From Raphidiopsis brookii D9 (GTDB taxonomy: Bacteria > Cyanobacteriota > Cyanobacteriia > Cyanobacteriales > Nostocaceae): 32,000 nt of DNA. The position numbers were made by a program, and so were the translations under genes. The stretch is taken from positions 30,001 to 62,000 of the forward strand of contig ACYB01000019.1 of the NCBI GenBank assembly GCA_000175855.1, written 5' to 3'. Every line of letters starts with the position of its first letter. Position 1 is the stretch's first letter. The notes under the pieces were generated by a model that saw only the letters and a list, made by a program, of their open reading frames with translations, did not search any database and was not told where the DNA came from. This document shows positions 14,943 to 25,404 of the stretch, in pieces.

Positions 14943-17798
14943 ATGCCAAATCTATCAGTAAAAAATTTATTAAGCGACAACCTTGCCCACACTCCAAATC
15001 AGGAAAATACCATTCGCATTCGGGGTGCTAGACAGCATAATCTGAAAAATATTGATTTGGACCTACCTCGTGACCAACTAATTGTATTTACTGGTGTTTC
15101 AGGATCGGGAAAATCTTCCTTAGCTTTTGATACCATCTTTGCAGAAGGTCAAAGACGTTATGTAGAATCACTAAGTGCCTATGCTCGTCAATTTTTGGGT
15201 CAATTAGATAAACCAGATGTAGAATCCATTGAAGGACTAAGCCCTGCTATTTCTATTGATCAAAAATCCACCTCCCATAACCCTCGCTCCACCGTGGGAA
15301 CAGTCACAGAAATCTATGATTACCTGCGATTGCTTTATGGACGTGCTGGTGAACCCCATTGTCCCCATTGCGATCGCTCTATTTCTCCCCAGACCATTGA
15401 CCAAATGTGCGATCGCATTTTATCACTTCCTGACCATACTCGATTTCAAATTTTGGCACCTGTATTGAGGGGAAAAAAGGGAACCCATAGGAAACTGCTC
15501 TCTAGTTTAGCAGCTCAAGGGTTTGTTAGGGTGCGGATCAATGGAGAGATTTTCGAACTTTCAGAGGGTATAGAATTAGATAAAAATATTAGTCATAATA
15601 TAGAACTGGTAATTGACAGATTAGTTAAAAAAGAAGGTATTGAGGAGCGTTTAGTAGATTCTCTCACCACATGTCTGAAACAGTCCGAGGGGATAGGGAT
15701 AATTGAACTAATGAAAAACCCTGCAGATGAGGAATTACCATCAGAGATTATCTTTTCCGAGAACTTTGCCTGTCCAAAACATGGGGGAGTAATGGAAGAA
15801 TTATCCCCCAGATTATTTTCCTTTAACTCTCCCTATGGTGCTTGTTCCCACTGTCATGGAATTGGCACACTAAAAAGATTTTCTCCTAAGTTATTGATAC
15901 CAGATCATCAAGCACCAATATATGGAGCCATAGCACCTTGGTCAGAAAAGGAAAACTCCTATTATTTAGAATTATTGTATGCCTTAGGAGTGCAACATGG
16001 ATTTCAATTACAAACCCAGTGGGGGGATCTAACTAAAGAGCAGCAACAAATAGTTTTATATGGAGAGAACCTAGAAACCCCAACGGGGGGGAGAAAACAA
16101 AATTTTAGGGGAGTAGTTCCCATGTTACAAAGACAATATGAGGGAGGGACAGAACTAATCAAGCAGAGACTAGAAGAATATTTAATCGATCAACCTTGTG
16201 AAGTGTGTGAAGGAAAAAGATTAAAACCAGAAGCTTTAGCTGTGAAATTAGGTCAATATGGAATTTGGGATTTAACCAGCGTATCAATTAGGGAATTTCA
16301 GGAAAGAATAGAAAACTTAAAATTAACTGCTCGGCAAATACAAATTGGCGATTTAGTCATCAAAGAAATTAAACAGAGATTGCAATTTTTACTAGATGTA
16401 GGTTTAGATTATTTGACCTTAGATCGTCCGGCCATGACCTTATCAGGTGGAGAAGCACAACGAATTAGACTAGCAACCCAAATTGGTTCCGGTTTAACGG
16501 GAGTGCTTTATGTATTAGATGAACCGAGCATTGGACTCCACCAAAGAGATAATGATAGACTGTTGAAAACCCTGATCAAACTGCGAGACTTGGGAAATAC
16601 CCTAATTGTAGTGGAACATGATGAAGAAACTATCAGAGCAGCAGATCACATAATTGACATTGGTCCTGGTGCGGGTATTCATGGAGGACATATTATTGCC
16701 CAAGGAACAATTGAAGATGTATTAAAGGCAGAAAATTCCCTAACAGGAGCCTATTTATCCAAAAAAATAGTAATTGATACCCCCACAACTAGAAGGGGAG
16801 GAAACGGCAAAACTCTGAACATTAAAAATGCCCACCGCAATAATTTAAAAAACCTAGATGTGGAAATTCCCTTGGGAAAATTAGTTGCTGTAACCGGAGT
16901 TTCTGGTTCAGGAAAATCAACTTTAATTAACGAACTGCTCTATCCTGCACTGCAACATCATTTATTAAAAAGAGTACCCTTCCCTTCAGAAATAGATGGA
17001 ATAGGAGGATTAAACTGTGTAGATAAAGTCATTGTCATAGATCAGTCACCCATTGGGAGAACACCCAGATCTAACCCAGCTACCTACACAGGAGTATTTG
17101 ACCTGATTAGAGAAGTGTTTTCCCAAACTATCGAGGCTAAAACTAGAGGATATAAACCTGGACAATTTTCTTTTAATGTCAAGGGAGGTAGGTGTGAAGC
17201 TTGTAATGGACAGGGAGTAAATGTTATAGAAATGAATTTCTTACCGGATGTTTATGTTCAATGTGAAGTATGTAAAGGAGCTAGATATAATCGAGAGACC
17301 CTACAAGTTAAATATAAAGATAAATCCATCTCTGATGTTTTAAAAATGACTGTTGAGGAAGCACTAGCATTCTGTGAAAACCTCCCCAAAGCAGTCAGCA
17401 AATTACAAACATTAGTGGATGTTGGTTTGGGATACATACAGTTGGGACAACCCGCTACCACCCTATCAGGAGGAGAAGCACAACGGGTTAAATTAGCTAC
17501 GGAGTTATCTCGACGTGCTACGGGTAAAACATTGTATTTAATAGATGAACCCACCACCGGACTATCTTTTTATGATGTTCACAAATTATTAGATGTGATT
17601 CAGAGATTAGTGGATAAGGGAAATTCTATCTTAGTGATTGAACATAACCTAGATGTGATTCGTTGTGCGGATTGGGTTATAGATTTGGGACCAGAAGGAG
17701 GTGATAAGGGGGGAGAGATCATTGGGGTGGGAACTCCAGAACAACTTGCTCAAAATCCCCGCTCCCATACTGGAACATATTTAAAACGGATGTTATAA
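14943..17798 (+). CDS. uvrA: Excinuclease ABC subunit A
   Basis: 951-aa ORF with two Walker A sites (GVSGSGKSS, GVSGSGKST) and two ABC signatures (LSGGEAQR twice). It has zinc-finger cysteines (CPHCDRS, CEVCEGKR, CEACNGQG...CEVCKGARY) and the canonical N-terminus IRGARQHNLKNIDL. Confidence 0.97.
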   Translation: MPNLSVKNLLSDNLAHTPNQENTIRIRGARQHNLKNIDLDLPRDQLIVFTGVSGSGKSSLAFDTIFAEGQRRYVESLSAYARQFLGQLDKPDVESIEGLSPAISIDQKSTSHNPRSTVGTVTEIYDYLRLLYGRAGEPHCPHCDRSISPQTIDQMCDRILSLPDHTRFQILAPVLRGKKGTHRKLLSSLAAQGFVRVRINGEIFELSEGIELDKNISHNIELVIDRLVKKEGIEERLVDSLTTCLKQSEGIGIIELMKNPADEELPSEIIFSENFACPKHGGVMEELSPRLFSFNSPYGACSHCHGIGTLKRFSPKLLIPDHQAPIYGAIAPWSEKENSYYLELLYALGVQHGFQLQTQWGDLTKEQQQIVLYGENLETPTGGRKQNFRGVVPMLQRQYEGGTELIKQRLEEYLIDQPCEVCEGKRLKPEALAVKLGQYGIWDLTSVSIREFQERIENLKLTARQIQIGDLVIKEIKQRLQFLLDVGLDYLTLDRPAMTLSGGEAQRIRLATQIGSGLTGVLYVLDEPSIGLHQRDNDRLLKTLIKLRDLGNTLIVVEHDEETIRAADHIIDIGPGAGIHGGHIIAQGTIEDVLKAENSLTGAYLSKKIVIDTPTTRRGGNGKTLNIKNAHRNNLKNLDVEIPLGKLVAVTGVSGSGKSTLINELLYPALQHHLLKRVPFPSEIDGIGGLNCVDKVIVIDQSPIGRTPRSNPATYTGVFDLIREVFSQTIEAKTRGYKPGQFSFNVKGGRCEACNGQGVNVIEMNFLPDVYVQCEVCKGARYNRETLQVKYKDKSISDVLKMTVEEALAFCENLPKAVSKLQTLVDVGLGYIQLGQPATTLSGGEAQRVKLATELSRRATGKTLYLIDEPTTGLSFYDVHKLLDVIQRLVDKGNSILVIEHNLDVIRCADWVIDLGPEGGDKGGEIIGVGTPEQLAQNPRSHTGTYLKRML
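15370..15377. repeat. HIP1 octamer GCGATCGC
   Basis: Exact octamer. Confidence 0.95.
15409..15416. repeat. HIP1 octamer GCGATCGC
   Basis: Exact octamer. Confidence 0.95.
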
Positions 17799-17873
17799 TG
17801 TTATAACTAAGCACAACCTACCCTAGTATTCTTCAGATAGTTGGTCACGATTCAATCCCCCATTACAAACTGA

Positions 17874-19538
17874 TTACAAACTAAACTCATCGAACTTAAT
17901 AACTGGAGAGTTGGGACTTGTTGTATCGAAGCGATAACTACTAACAGTACCAGTTCCAGTGTCAAAAATGGTAAAAATTGTGAACTGATTGCTTGCAATA
18001 TAAGGTAAGGGTTGACCATCTTCCCCTAGGAGTGGGGAAATAGTAGGTGTGATTGGTGGTAATCCGTTAGGATTACCACTTGCTATGTAGTCTTCTGGAA
18101 AATCCTCTTGATATTGTTTGGGGATGTCTCGCTCTCTTTTTCCCCAAGCAGCACCGTAGGAATTACCCACATTAGAAGTTTCTAAAAAGTTGACTCCTCC
18201 TTGACCAAGAAACCGATTCCACAGGTGGGAGTGTCCATAAAAGACTAGTTGAACTTTGGCCTTCTCTAGTAGGGGTATCAAGTCACGAATTATATAATCA
18301 GTGTTTTTGGGATATTGATAAGTTACAGACTGAATATTCCCTAATTCATCTTTTTCAATAATCTGTAAAGGATTAGTATAAGCTGGGACAATGTTATCAC
18401 CTAGAGTATGTGCTGGATGGTGAAACATTACCACTTTATATTTTGCTTGTTCAAATTCAGGACTGTTTAATTCTTGCTCGAGCCAAATATATTGGTCACT
18501 TCCTGGAACAATTGGTTCATAAATTATTTGGCCATATCCCCAATTTTCAGGAGAGGAAAGTTGCTGATTTGTTTCTTTATATCTACCTTTTGCAGGGGAC
18601 GCTAACTTGGGATTTCTCCATGCGTTCGTCACATATAAAACTATTAATCTCACATCCCCAAAACTGAGGGCGTAATAAGTTTTTCCCCCGGTTTTACTCT
18701 TGGGTAAACTAAAAATTTCCTCATAGGTAATAGTATTAAAACAATAGTCTTTTAAATATTCTTTTCCACAAACCTGATGATAGCATTCCCGAGCAATTTC
18801 GCGGGGAATGGTGTCATTAAATTCGTGGTTTAAACTAATATTTCCCGTATATCTTCCCATGATCTCATGATTACCAATACAGGGGAACAAGGGAGCATTC
18901 TGAATAATTTTACCACCGGTATAGGTAAGTTTCTCCCCGTTATATTCCATAGTATATTGGGCACGACCTTGTAAACCTGGAAAAAAGGCATTACCGCGAA
19001 GATCATCAAACCACTCTGAAGCGCGATCTGGCACATTGACTAAGTCTCCAGCAAACCAGACCGCGTCAACTACACCAACGGTTTCCACCACTTTCTGTAA
19101 ATTGGCCGCTATCATTGGTTTTAATTGGTGATCGGAGGTGAGAAGAATTTTCAGGGGTTTACCTGGTTGGGGAATAGATGTAAGAGTAAAAACCTCACTG
19201 TTTATTTTTACCCCATCTTCTGTTATACTAGTTACATAGTAGGGTATCCGTAAATTGGAAGTTAGATCCGTAATTTCTGCTTCCTGTCGCCAAATATCCC
19301 GTGGAACTGGTTTTTGGTAAACTTCTCCTTTTTTTCTTTGCTCTTTTACCCTGGATTCCTGATCTTCTCTGACGCGGGTCAATTTTGTGGTTTGAGCAAT
19401 GGTGGTTTTTTCCAGATGATCACCATAAGTAACTAAATGCTGCTCACCCGCAAATTCCGTAAACCAAACCACCCGCACCGAATTGACCATTGGTAGTTGT
19501 AGAAATGGATCTGTTAACAGTTGGGGTTCGGATCTCAT
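17874..19538 (-). CDS. Metallophosphoesterase (calcineurin-like/purple-acid-phosphatase-like)
   Basis: 554-aa ORF with the ordered motifs LLTSDHQ, FAGDLVN, GNHE, MFHHP and YGHSH. Confidence 0.85.
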   Translation of the reverse strand: MRSEPQLLTDPFLQLPMVNSVRVVWFTEFAGEQHLVTYGDHLEKTTIAQTTKLTRVREDQESRVKEQRKKGEVYQKPVPRDIWRQEAEITDLTSNLRIPYYVTSITEDGVKINSEVFTLTSIPQPGKPLKILLTSDHQLKPMIAANLQKVVETVGVVDAVWFAGDLVNVPDRASEWFDDLRGNAFFPGLQGRAQYTMEYNGEKLTYTGGKIIQNAPLFPCIGNHEIMGRYTGNISLNHEFNDTIPREIARECYHQVCGKEYLKDYCFNTITYEEIFSLPKSKTGGKTYYALSFGDVRLIVLYVTNAWRNPKLASPAKGRYKETNQQLSSPENWGYGQIIYEPIVPGSDQYIWLEQELNSPEFEQAKYKVVMFHHPAHTLGDNIVPAYTNPLQIIEKDELGNIQSVTYQYPKNTDYIIRDLIPLLEKAKVQLVFYGHSHLWNRFLGQGGVNFLETSNVGNSYGAAWGKRERDIPKQYQEDFPEDYIASGNPNGLPPITPTISPLLGEDGQPLPYIASNQFTIFTIFDTGTGTVSSYRFDTTSPNSPVIKFDEFSL

Positions 19539-19610
19539 CTGGGAAACCTGCTTTAGTCATGGTTATACTATCCTACCATTATCCTACCACTAGATTTTGC
19601 CATTCCACCT

Positions 19611-20444
19611 ATGAACACCCGAAAATCTCCCATCCAAATTTTTGGTGTATACGCCCTATTACTGGCGATCGCTCTTTTGACTCTTTTTCCCTTGCTATGG
19701 CTAATTAGTACTGCTTTAAAATCACCTACAGAAAATCTATTAGAAACTCCGCCAAAACTCTTACCCCTTGAACCCACCCTAGATAATTTCCTCCGGGTTT
19801 GGGAGTCCTTACCGTTTGGACAATATCTATACAATAGTTTTTTAGTAGCCATACTAACAGTAGCTTTGAACCTATTGTTTTGTTCCTTAGCAGCGTACCC
19901 CCTAGCGAGACTGTCATTTCCGGGGAGAAATACCATTTTTATTGCGATTGTTTCCACGATTATGATTCCCTTTCAAATTGTGATGATTCCCCTGTATATC
20001 ATCACAGTTCAATTGGGTTTAACCAACAGTTATTTGGGAATGATTTTTCCCAGTTTAGCCTCTGCTTTCGGTATATTTCTGTTGAGACAAGCTTTTATGG
20101 GAGTGCCAAAAGAAATAGAAGAAGCTGCTCGTATAGATGGTAGTTCCGAATTGGGATTATGGTGGTTCATCATGCTACCAGCTATCAAACCAGCATTAAT
20201 AACCTTGGCAATTTTTGTGTTTATTGGAGCTTGGAGTGACTTTCTATGGCCTTTAATTGTCATCCAGGATGAAAGCCTATATACCCTACCGCTGGGAGTA
20301 GCTAAATTAGCAGGCACATTTTCCTTAGATTGGCGATTGGTAGCTGCTGGGTCTATTATTTCCGTCGCTCCTGTTTTACTGTTATTCTTATTTTTACAGA
20401 AGTTTATTGTGCCTACAGATACAGGCAGTGGCATCAAGGGGTAG
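19611..20444 (+). CDS. Carbohydrate ABC transporter permease (MalG/CUT1 type)
   Basis: 277-aa ORF with about six hydrophobic segments and an EAA loop (EEAARIDGSSELGLWWFIMLPAIKPAL). Confidence 0.9.
   Translation: MNTRKSPIQIFGVYALLLAIALLTLFPLLWLISTALKSPTENLLETPPKLLPLEPTLDNFLRVWESLPFGQYLYNSFLVAILTVALNLLFCSLAAYPLARLSFPGRNTIFIAIVSTIMIPFQIVMIPLYIITVQLGLTNSYLGMIFPSLASAFGIFLLRQAFMGVPKEIEEAARIDGSSELGLWWFIMLPAIKPALITLAIFVFIGAWSDFLWPLIVIQDESLYTLPLGVAKLAGTFSLDWRLVAAGSIISVAPVLLLFLFLQKFIVPTDTGSGIKG
19665..19672. repeat. HIP1 octamer GCGATCGC
   Basis: Exact octamer. Confidence 0.95.
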
Positions 20445-20522
20445 CAAGTTGCTGTTCAGTTTAACCTTTTATATAGCATCATGACTAAAGCTATAATTAA
20501 AATATACCGAACAGCAAGACAA

Positions 20523-22112
20523 CTAAACAGGTCTATAAACTCGATAATTAATGCTAGGGAAAATATTATCCATTAACTCAACTTTCTCTAGCCAACCGCT
20601 ATCAACCTTGCCAATTTTAACATCTTCGTAAAGTTTGTTAAACCGCATTAAATGAGACCTTGTTCTTCTGACCGCGTATGGAACCATTGTTCCTGTGCGC
20701 ATAATAAATGCCCAGTCAGAAGATTGTGCCAACAACAATTCTCGTGCTGCTTGATTCAATGCTTTCCACTGTAGTTCATCCGCTGGTTCAAAGCGAGAAA
20801 GTTCGATCATTCTTTCAGCAGCTTTATGTAAGTGAGCATAAATCCAGGCGTTGGTATCATTTAACCAGTATTCATGGAAACCCTTATAACCCCAACTAGA
20901 CTGGGAGGGACGACAAACCTGTTGATAGGGATTATCTCGTAAGTAATCTGCCAAATGGGTCATTTGATATGTCCCCTGGTCATACCAGGACTTACGAAAT
21001 AGATAATCAATAAACCAAGGACCTTCATACCACCAATGACCGAACAACTCCGCATCATAGGGGGAAACAATAATTGGGGGTCTACCCATAATACCATGTA
21101 GATGTTCGGTCTGCTTCTCCCGATTATACATGAAGTTAGCAGCATGCTCTGCGGCCTTTTCTTTAGCCCAGTAGGGATCATACAAGGCTTTGTCAGAAAG
21201 ACCTAAGCCACGCCCGGTGATTTTATGATACTTAATCCCTATGTTTTTCCGTTGACCATTGGGCATAATATAGGGTTTGATGTATTCATATTCCGCTTCC
21301 CAACCTAGGTCCTTGTAAAATTCCCGATATTCAGCAGCACCAGGATAACCCACTTCCGAAGACCATACCTGTTGAGAAGACTCATGATCACGACCAAAAG
21401 CTGCTACTCCTGTTTCTGTAAAGATGGGAGCATAAGTTCCAAAGCGAGGACGGGGACGAGCATATAAAATACCATGACCATCGGTCAAAAAATATCTTAG
21501 TCCCGCATCCGCCAGCATTCGCTCTAAACCTTCATAATAGGCACATTCGGGTAACCAAATTCCCTTAGGTGGTTGACCAAAGGTTTCTGTGTAATGCTCA
21601 CAGGCTACCTGAATTTGTGCCCATACTGCTTGGGGATACATTTTCATCAAGGGTAAATACCCATGGGTAGCTCCACAGGTAATTATTTCTAAGTTATTGC
21701 TTTGCTGGTATTCCTGGAAAGCTGTAACTAAATCACCATTGTATTTTTCCCAGACATGACGTGCTTCATTGAATTCAGTAGCATAGTGTTCAGCTAAATA
21801 ACGTAAGTGTCCATGTTGAAGATAGCGTTCCGATTCTAACTCTATTAATTCTTCCAGCTTACTTAGATGTTGTTCATAGCGTTCTTGCAATAAGGGATCA
21901 CGGAGCATGGATACCAATGGTGGTGTCATACTCATGGTGATTTTGAAGTCAATGCCATCTCGCTTCAATCCTTCAAATACTTTGAGCAAAGGAATGTATG
22001 TTTCTGTAATGGCCTCATATAGCCATTCCTCTTCCAGCACATAGTCACTTTCTGGGTGACGAACGAAGGGTAAATGTGCATGGAGTACAAGTGCGACGTA
22101 GCCTATAGCCAT
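20523..22112 (-). CDS. Glycoside hydrolase family 57 (1,4-alpha-glucan branching enzyme type)
   Basis: 529-aa ORF. It has the N-terminal LVLHAHLPFVRHPE motif, WLPECAY (nucleophile Glu region) and SPYDAELFGHWW (acid/base Asp region), which are typical of GH57 branching enzymes. Confidence 0.9.
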   Translation of the reverse strand: MAIGYVALVLHAHLPFVRHPESDYVLEEEWLYEAITETYIPLLKVFEGLKRDGIDFKITMSMTPPLVSMLRDPLLQERYEQHLSKLEELIELESERYLQHGHLRYLAEHYATEFNEARHVWEKYNGDLVTAFQEYQQSNNLEIITCGATHGYLPLMKMYPQAVWAQIQVACEHYTETFGQPPKGIWLPECAYYEGLERMLADAGLRYFLTDGHGILYARPRPRFGTYAPIFTETGVAAFGRDHESSQQVWSSEVGYPGAAEYREFYKDLGWEAEYEYIKPYIMPNGQRKNIGIKYHKITGRGLGLSDKALYDPYWAKEKAAEHAANFMYNREKQTEHLHGIMGRPPIIVSPYDAELFGHWWYEGPWFIDYLFRKSWYDQGTYQMTHLADYLRDNPYQQVCRPSQSSWGYKGFHEYWLNDTNAWIYAHLHKAAERMIELSRFEPADELQWKALNQAARELLLAQSSDWAFIMRTGTMVPYAVRRTRSHLMRFNKLYEDVKIGKVDSGWLEKVELMDNIFPSINYRVYRPV

Positions 22113-22222
22113 AATGCTTTTGGGGTTAGAAACTGTGGTTAAATTAGAGGTCGGGGGTTTGGGTGGAAGTTAACAATATTTTAAGATAATTATGTTTACT
22201 ATTGTCACATTCACGGAAGTTC

Positions 22223-22963
22223 ATGAATATTAAAATCAAAAAAAGGAAAATGCTTTTCCTGGTTGCCATTGGGCTAGCAGTTGCGATTTTTACCATAGGT
22301 GTAGTTATTGCCCAAACTAGGATGCACACCCAGTCTACAGGTAATACCAGTACTAGTGTTGAGTCTGTAGGGCAAAATACTGCACCAGAAACTCCCAGCA
22401 CCAACTTAAATTCTCAACCTCAGTCCACAGATACTAAAACCGTGCCAGAAACTCCCAAAACCAAGCTTAACTCCCAAGCGCAGTTAAGTATCAATGGTAT
22501 TGGACCAGTAAAGGTAGGAATGAATATTCCTGAAGCTGCTGCTGCTGCTCAGGGGAATCGCCTATATGTTTCTTATGCTGGTAATGATAGTTGTTATTAC
22601 CTTGAAGCAGAGGGGCGACTCAAGGGTGTATCCTTTATGGTCACTAAAGATGAGGAAAAAGCCCGTCAGCAAAACATCACTAGTGATGCCATTGCTAGGA
22701 TAGATATAAACGTTCCAGAAATCACTACGGTTTCAGGTGCGAAAATTGGGGACACAGAAGAAAAAATCAAATCCCTTTACCCTCCTGAACAAATTGAAGT
22801 TAAAACCCACGAATATAATCCCAAGGGACATTACTTGATTTTTGTTCCTAAAGAACAGACGGACAATAAGTATCGCGTAGTTTTTGAAACCGATGGTAAG
22901 GAGGTTACTAGCTTTAGGGCGGGTAAGCTGCCAGAGGTAGGATATGTGGAGGGATGTAGTTAA
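22223..22963 (+). CDS. Hypothetical membrane-anchored/secreted protein
   Basis: I prefer the ATG at 22223 (MNIKIKKRKMLFLVAIGLAVAIFTIGVVIAQ, a signal/anchor) over the ORF-track TTG at 22202. The protein has a duplicated PETP.T.LNSQ.Q motif. I recognise no family. Confidence 0.6.
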   Translation: MNIKIKKRKMLFLVAIGLAVAIFTIGVVIAQTRMHTQSTGNTSTSVESVGQNTAPETPSTNLNSQPQSTDTKTVPETPKTKLNSQAQLSINGIGPVKVGMNIPEAAAAAQGNRLYVSYAGNDSCYYLEAEGRLKGVSFMVTKDEEKARQQNITSDAIARIDINVPEITTVSGAKIGDTEEKIKSLYPPEQIEVKTHEYNPKGHYLIFVPKEQTDNKYRVVFETDGKEVTSFRAGKLPEVGYVEGCS

Positions 22964-22977
22964 AGATTTTGAAGAAC

Positions 22978-23007
22978 TAGGACTTGATGTTATCACAATA
23001 AGTCCTA
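22978..23007 (+). terminator. Hairpin between convergent genes (putative terminator)
   Basis: taggactt (22978-22985) pairs with aagtccta (23000-23007) with a 14-nt loop, followed by tttaaaa. Confidence 0.4.
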
Positions 23008-23047
23008 TTTAAAACTATATACCGTATGTCAATGAATTACTGATGTT

Positions 23048-24379
23048 TTATGTACGGATTATTTTTGCCCCAACTTGCTGTAATTTAGTATCTAATCTAT
23101 CATAGCCACGATCTAAATGTTTTAGTCCTTGAATAATCGTTTCTCCTTGTGCTGCAAGACCGGCTAATACTAGTGCTGCGGACGCTCTGAGGTCTGTACC
23201 GATAACTGGTGCCCCTGATAATATTGGTACACCCCGAACAAAGGCCGTATTACTCTTAACGCGAATTTCTGCTCCCAACCGGTTTAACTCAGAAGCATGA
23301 CTCAAACGGTTTTCAAAAACCGATTCGTTAATAATACTATCACCATCAGCTATGCTTAATAGTGCCATGAACTGCGCTTGCATATCCGTAGGGAAACCTG
23401 GATGGGGCAAAGTATCAATGTTAGTGGCTTTGAGTTTTTGTGCAGGTTTTACTCGCAAGGAGTCTGCACCTTCCTGGAGGATAGACACACCAATATCTTT
23501 TAACTTAGCAATTACAGGGATTAAATGCTCTGATATAACTGGAGATAGCAGCAATTCAGAGTGAGTAATCCCAGCAGCAATTAAAAATGTACCTGCTTCA
23601 ATACGATCAGGAATAATACTATATTCGGTAGAGTGCAGTTTATCAACACCGACGATAGTAATTGTACCTGTGCCCGCACCTTGAATTTTTGCCCCCATAG
23701 AATTACAGAAGTTAGCCAAATCTACTACTTCTGGCTCTCGGGCAGCATTTTCAATGATGGTTTCTCCATCAGCCAGAGTGGCAGCCATCATCAAGGTTTC
23801 TGTAGCACCAACACTAGGAGTATCTAAATAAATTCGCGCACCTTGTAATCTACCGTTGTTACCAGTAACCTGGGCATGACAAATCCCATGTTCAATCTCC
23901 ATATCTGCTCCCATGGCTTGTAGCCCGCGAACATGCAAATCAACAGGTCTGGCACCAATAGCGCAACCTCCCGGTAAAGGCATTTGTGCTACACCTAATC
24001 GAGCTAAAATTGGACCAATGGCAAAAAAACTTGCCCGCAACTGGGTTACCAGTTCATAGGGGGCTTTAGATGTGGTAATGTCTCTAGCATTAATATCCAG
24101 TGTATCCTTGTGCCTTACCAAAGATAAACCTAAAGCAGTTAAAACTTGACCCATCCTTTCTACGTCCGCTAACAAAGGGACATTACTAATCCGACAATCT
24201 CCAGAGCAAAGCAAAGCTCCAGCCATGATTACCAGGGCTGAATTTTTGGCCCCGCTAATTCTTACATTCCCTTCCAGGGAATATCCACCACAAATTTTTA
24301 AGACTGAGGAGTCTAATTGGGTATCTGACAGGGTGCTAGGAGAATTAATAAGCCTACCTCCTTTAAGATTTACAGTCAT
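23048..24379 (-). CDS. murA: UDP-N-acetylglucosamine 1-carboxyvinyltransferase
   Basis: 443-aa ORF with ISGAKNSAL and the active-site loop [16 protein letters not shown]. The EPSP-synthase-like fold pattern runs throughout. Confidence 0.95.
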   Translation of the reverse strand: MTVNLKGGRLINSPSTLSDTQLDSSVLKICGGYSLEGNVRISGAKNSALVIMAGALLCSGDCRISNVPLLADVERMGQVLTALGLSLVRHKDTLDINARDITTSKAPYELVTQLRASFFAIGPILARLGVAQMPLPGGCAIGARPVDLHVRGLQAMGADMEIEHGICHAQVTGNNGRLQGARIYLDTPSVGATETLMMAATLADGETIIENAAREPEVVDLANFCNSMGAKIQGAGTGTITIVGVDKLHSTEYSIIPDRIEAGTFLIAAGITHSELLLSPVISEHLIPVIAKLKDIGVSILQEGADSLRVKPAQKLKATNIDTLPHPGFPTDMQAQFMALLSIADGDSIINESVFENRLSHASELNRLGAEIRVKSNTAFVRGVPILSGAPVIGTDLRASAALVLAGLAAQGETIIQGLKHLDRGYDRLDTKLQQVGAKIIRT

Positions 24380-24482
24380 AGGTGTTCGCGTTCAGTTTTA
24401 GATTCTACAGCAAAGTTTACTAGTTCTCTTGACAATCCCCAAGATTTACGTCATCATATTAGTTCAGTAATAAATGTAATGT

Positions 24483-24564
24483 GCGGAACTGGCGGAATTG
24501 GCAGACGCGCTAGATTCAGGTTCTAGTGCCGCAAGGCTTCCGGGTTCAAGTCCCGGGTTCCGCA
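24483..24564 (+). tRNA. tRNA-Leu (CAG)
   Basis: 82-nt class II cloverleaf: GCGGAAC-TG-GCG-GAATTGGCAGA-CGC-G-CTAGA-TTCAGGT-TCTAG-TGCCGCAAGGCTT-CCGGG-TTCAAGT-CCCGG-GTTCCGC-A. All stems are perfect, the variable arm is 13 nt, and there is no intron. Confidence 0.92.
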
Positions 24565-24594
24565 TTTGGGCAGTTATTAGTCCTTGGGAGTGTT

Positions 24595-25386
24595 GTGCTG
24601 ACCAGTTTACAAAATCCTCTAGTTAAGCAGATCCGTAAGTTACACTCCGCTAAGGAGAGACATAAACAACAGTTGTTTGTGTTGGAGGGAACCCATTTAA
24701 TTGCAGAGGCTTGTAGTGTAAATTACCCATTGGAAACGGTTTGTTGCACTATAGATTGGCAAAATTCCCATTCGGAATTGTGGCAAAATGTTTGTAATGC
24801 TTGTCATCGTGTGGAAATAGTCAGCCAAGAGGTTTTAGCAGCTATGGCCACCACGGTCCAACCGGATGGTGTGGTGGCCATGGTCAAACGTTGTGAAGAA
24901 AACCCTATTCCCATAACGGGGTTGGCCCTGGCCCTGGAAACTATTCAGGATCCAGGTAATTTGGGAACTATCATCCGTACTGCTGCTGCTGTGGATGCTT
25001 CCGGTTTATGGTTAAGTAATGATAGTGTGGATTTAGACCACCCCAAGGTCTTGCGGGCTTCTGCTGGACAGTGGTTTCGCTTAAAAAAGCAGGTGAGCCA
25101 CAACCTAAAGGACACTGTACAAGATTGTCAACGGGGGGGTATGCAAGTGGTTGCTACCCTACCAACAGCTGAGTTAACCTATTGGCAAGTGGACTGGTCT
25201 TTACCAAGTCTTATTTTACTGGGCAATGAAGGTGCTGGTTTATCAGATGACTTGGCCACAATGGCAAATATACAAGTTAAAATACCTCTTAGCCCTCAAG
25301 TTGAATCCTTAAATGTGGCTATATCTGCCGCTTTAATATTATATGAGGCGCAGCGACAAAAAGCTTGTGGAAAAAATACAAACTAG
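24595..25386 (+). CDS. TrmH/SpoU-family RNA 2'-O-methyltransferase (RlmB-like)
   Basis: SpoU motifs are present: QDPGNLGTIIRTAAA, LILLGNEGAGLS and IPLSPQVESLNVAISAALILYE. The ORF-track start (24526) lies inside tRNA-Leu, so I place the start at the in-frame GTG at 24595 (VLTSLQNPLVKQIRKL), giving 263 aa. Confidence 0.8.
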   Translation: MLTSLQNPLVKQIRKLHSAKERHKQQLFVLEGTHLIAEACSVNYPLETVCCTIDWQNSHSELWQNVCNACHRVEIVSQEVLAAMATTVQPDGVVAMVKRCEENPIPITGLALALETIQDPGNLGTIIRTAAAVDASGLWLSNDSVDLDHPKVLRASAGQWFRLKKQVSHNLKDTVQDCQRGGMQVVATLPTAELTYWQVDWSLPSLILLGNEGAGLSDDLATMANIQVKIPLSPQVESLNVAISAALILYEAQRQKACGKNTN

Positions 25387-25404
25387 TATTTGACAGGAAA
25401 GAGA

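Noticed and set aside
15256-17557. ORFs 15256-15468 (+, alternate frame) and 17258-17557 (-) within uvrA
   Set aside because: uvrA is unambiguous, and these are frame shadows.
18410-20437. Overlapping ORFs around the metallophosphoesterase and permease genes (18410-18667, 18830-19036, 19490-19708, 19568-19957, 19726-19917, 19880-20143, 20030-20437)
   Set aside because: Each is antisense or out of frame to a gene with clear family motifs. None has independent support.
22385-22478. Direct repeat with 60-nt period (ccagaaactccca... at 22385 and 22445)
   Set aside because: It simply encodes a duplicated PETP.T.LNSQ.Q peptide motif in the linker of the 22223-22963 protein. It is not an independent DNA element.
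20708-23827. Shadow ORFs in GH57, the hypothetical gene and murA (20708-20899, 20960-21181, 22144-22404, 22733-22996, 23352-23564, 23633-23827)
   Set aside because: They are antisense or alternate-frame overlaps with well-supported genes.
24526-24594. ORF-track N-terminal extension of the methyltransferase (start 24526)
   Set aside because: It would overlap tRNA-Leu (24483-24564). The extension (MPQGFRVQVPGSAFGQ...) is the translation of tRNA sequence, so the in-frame GTG at 24595 is preferred.
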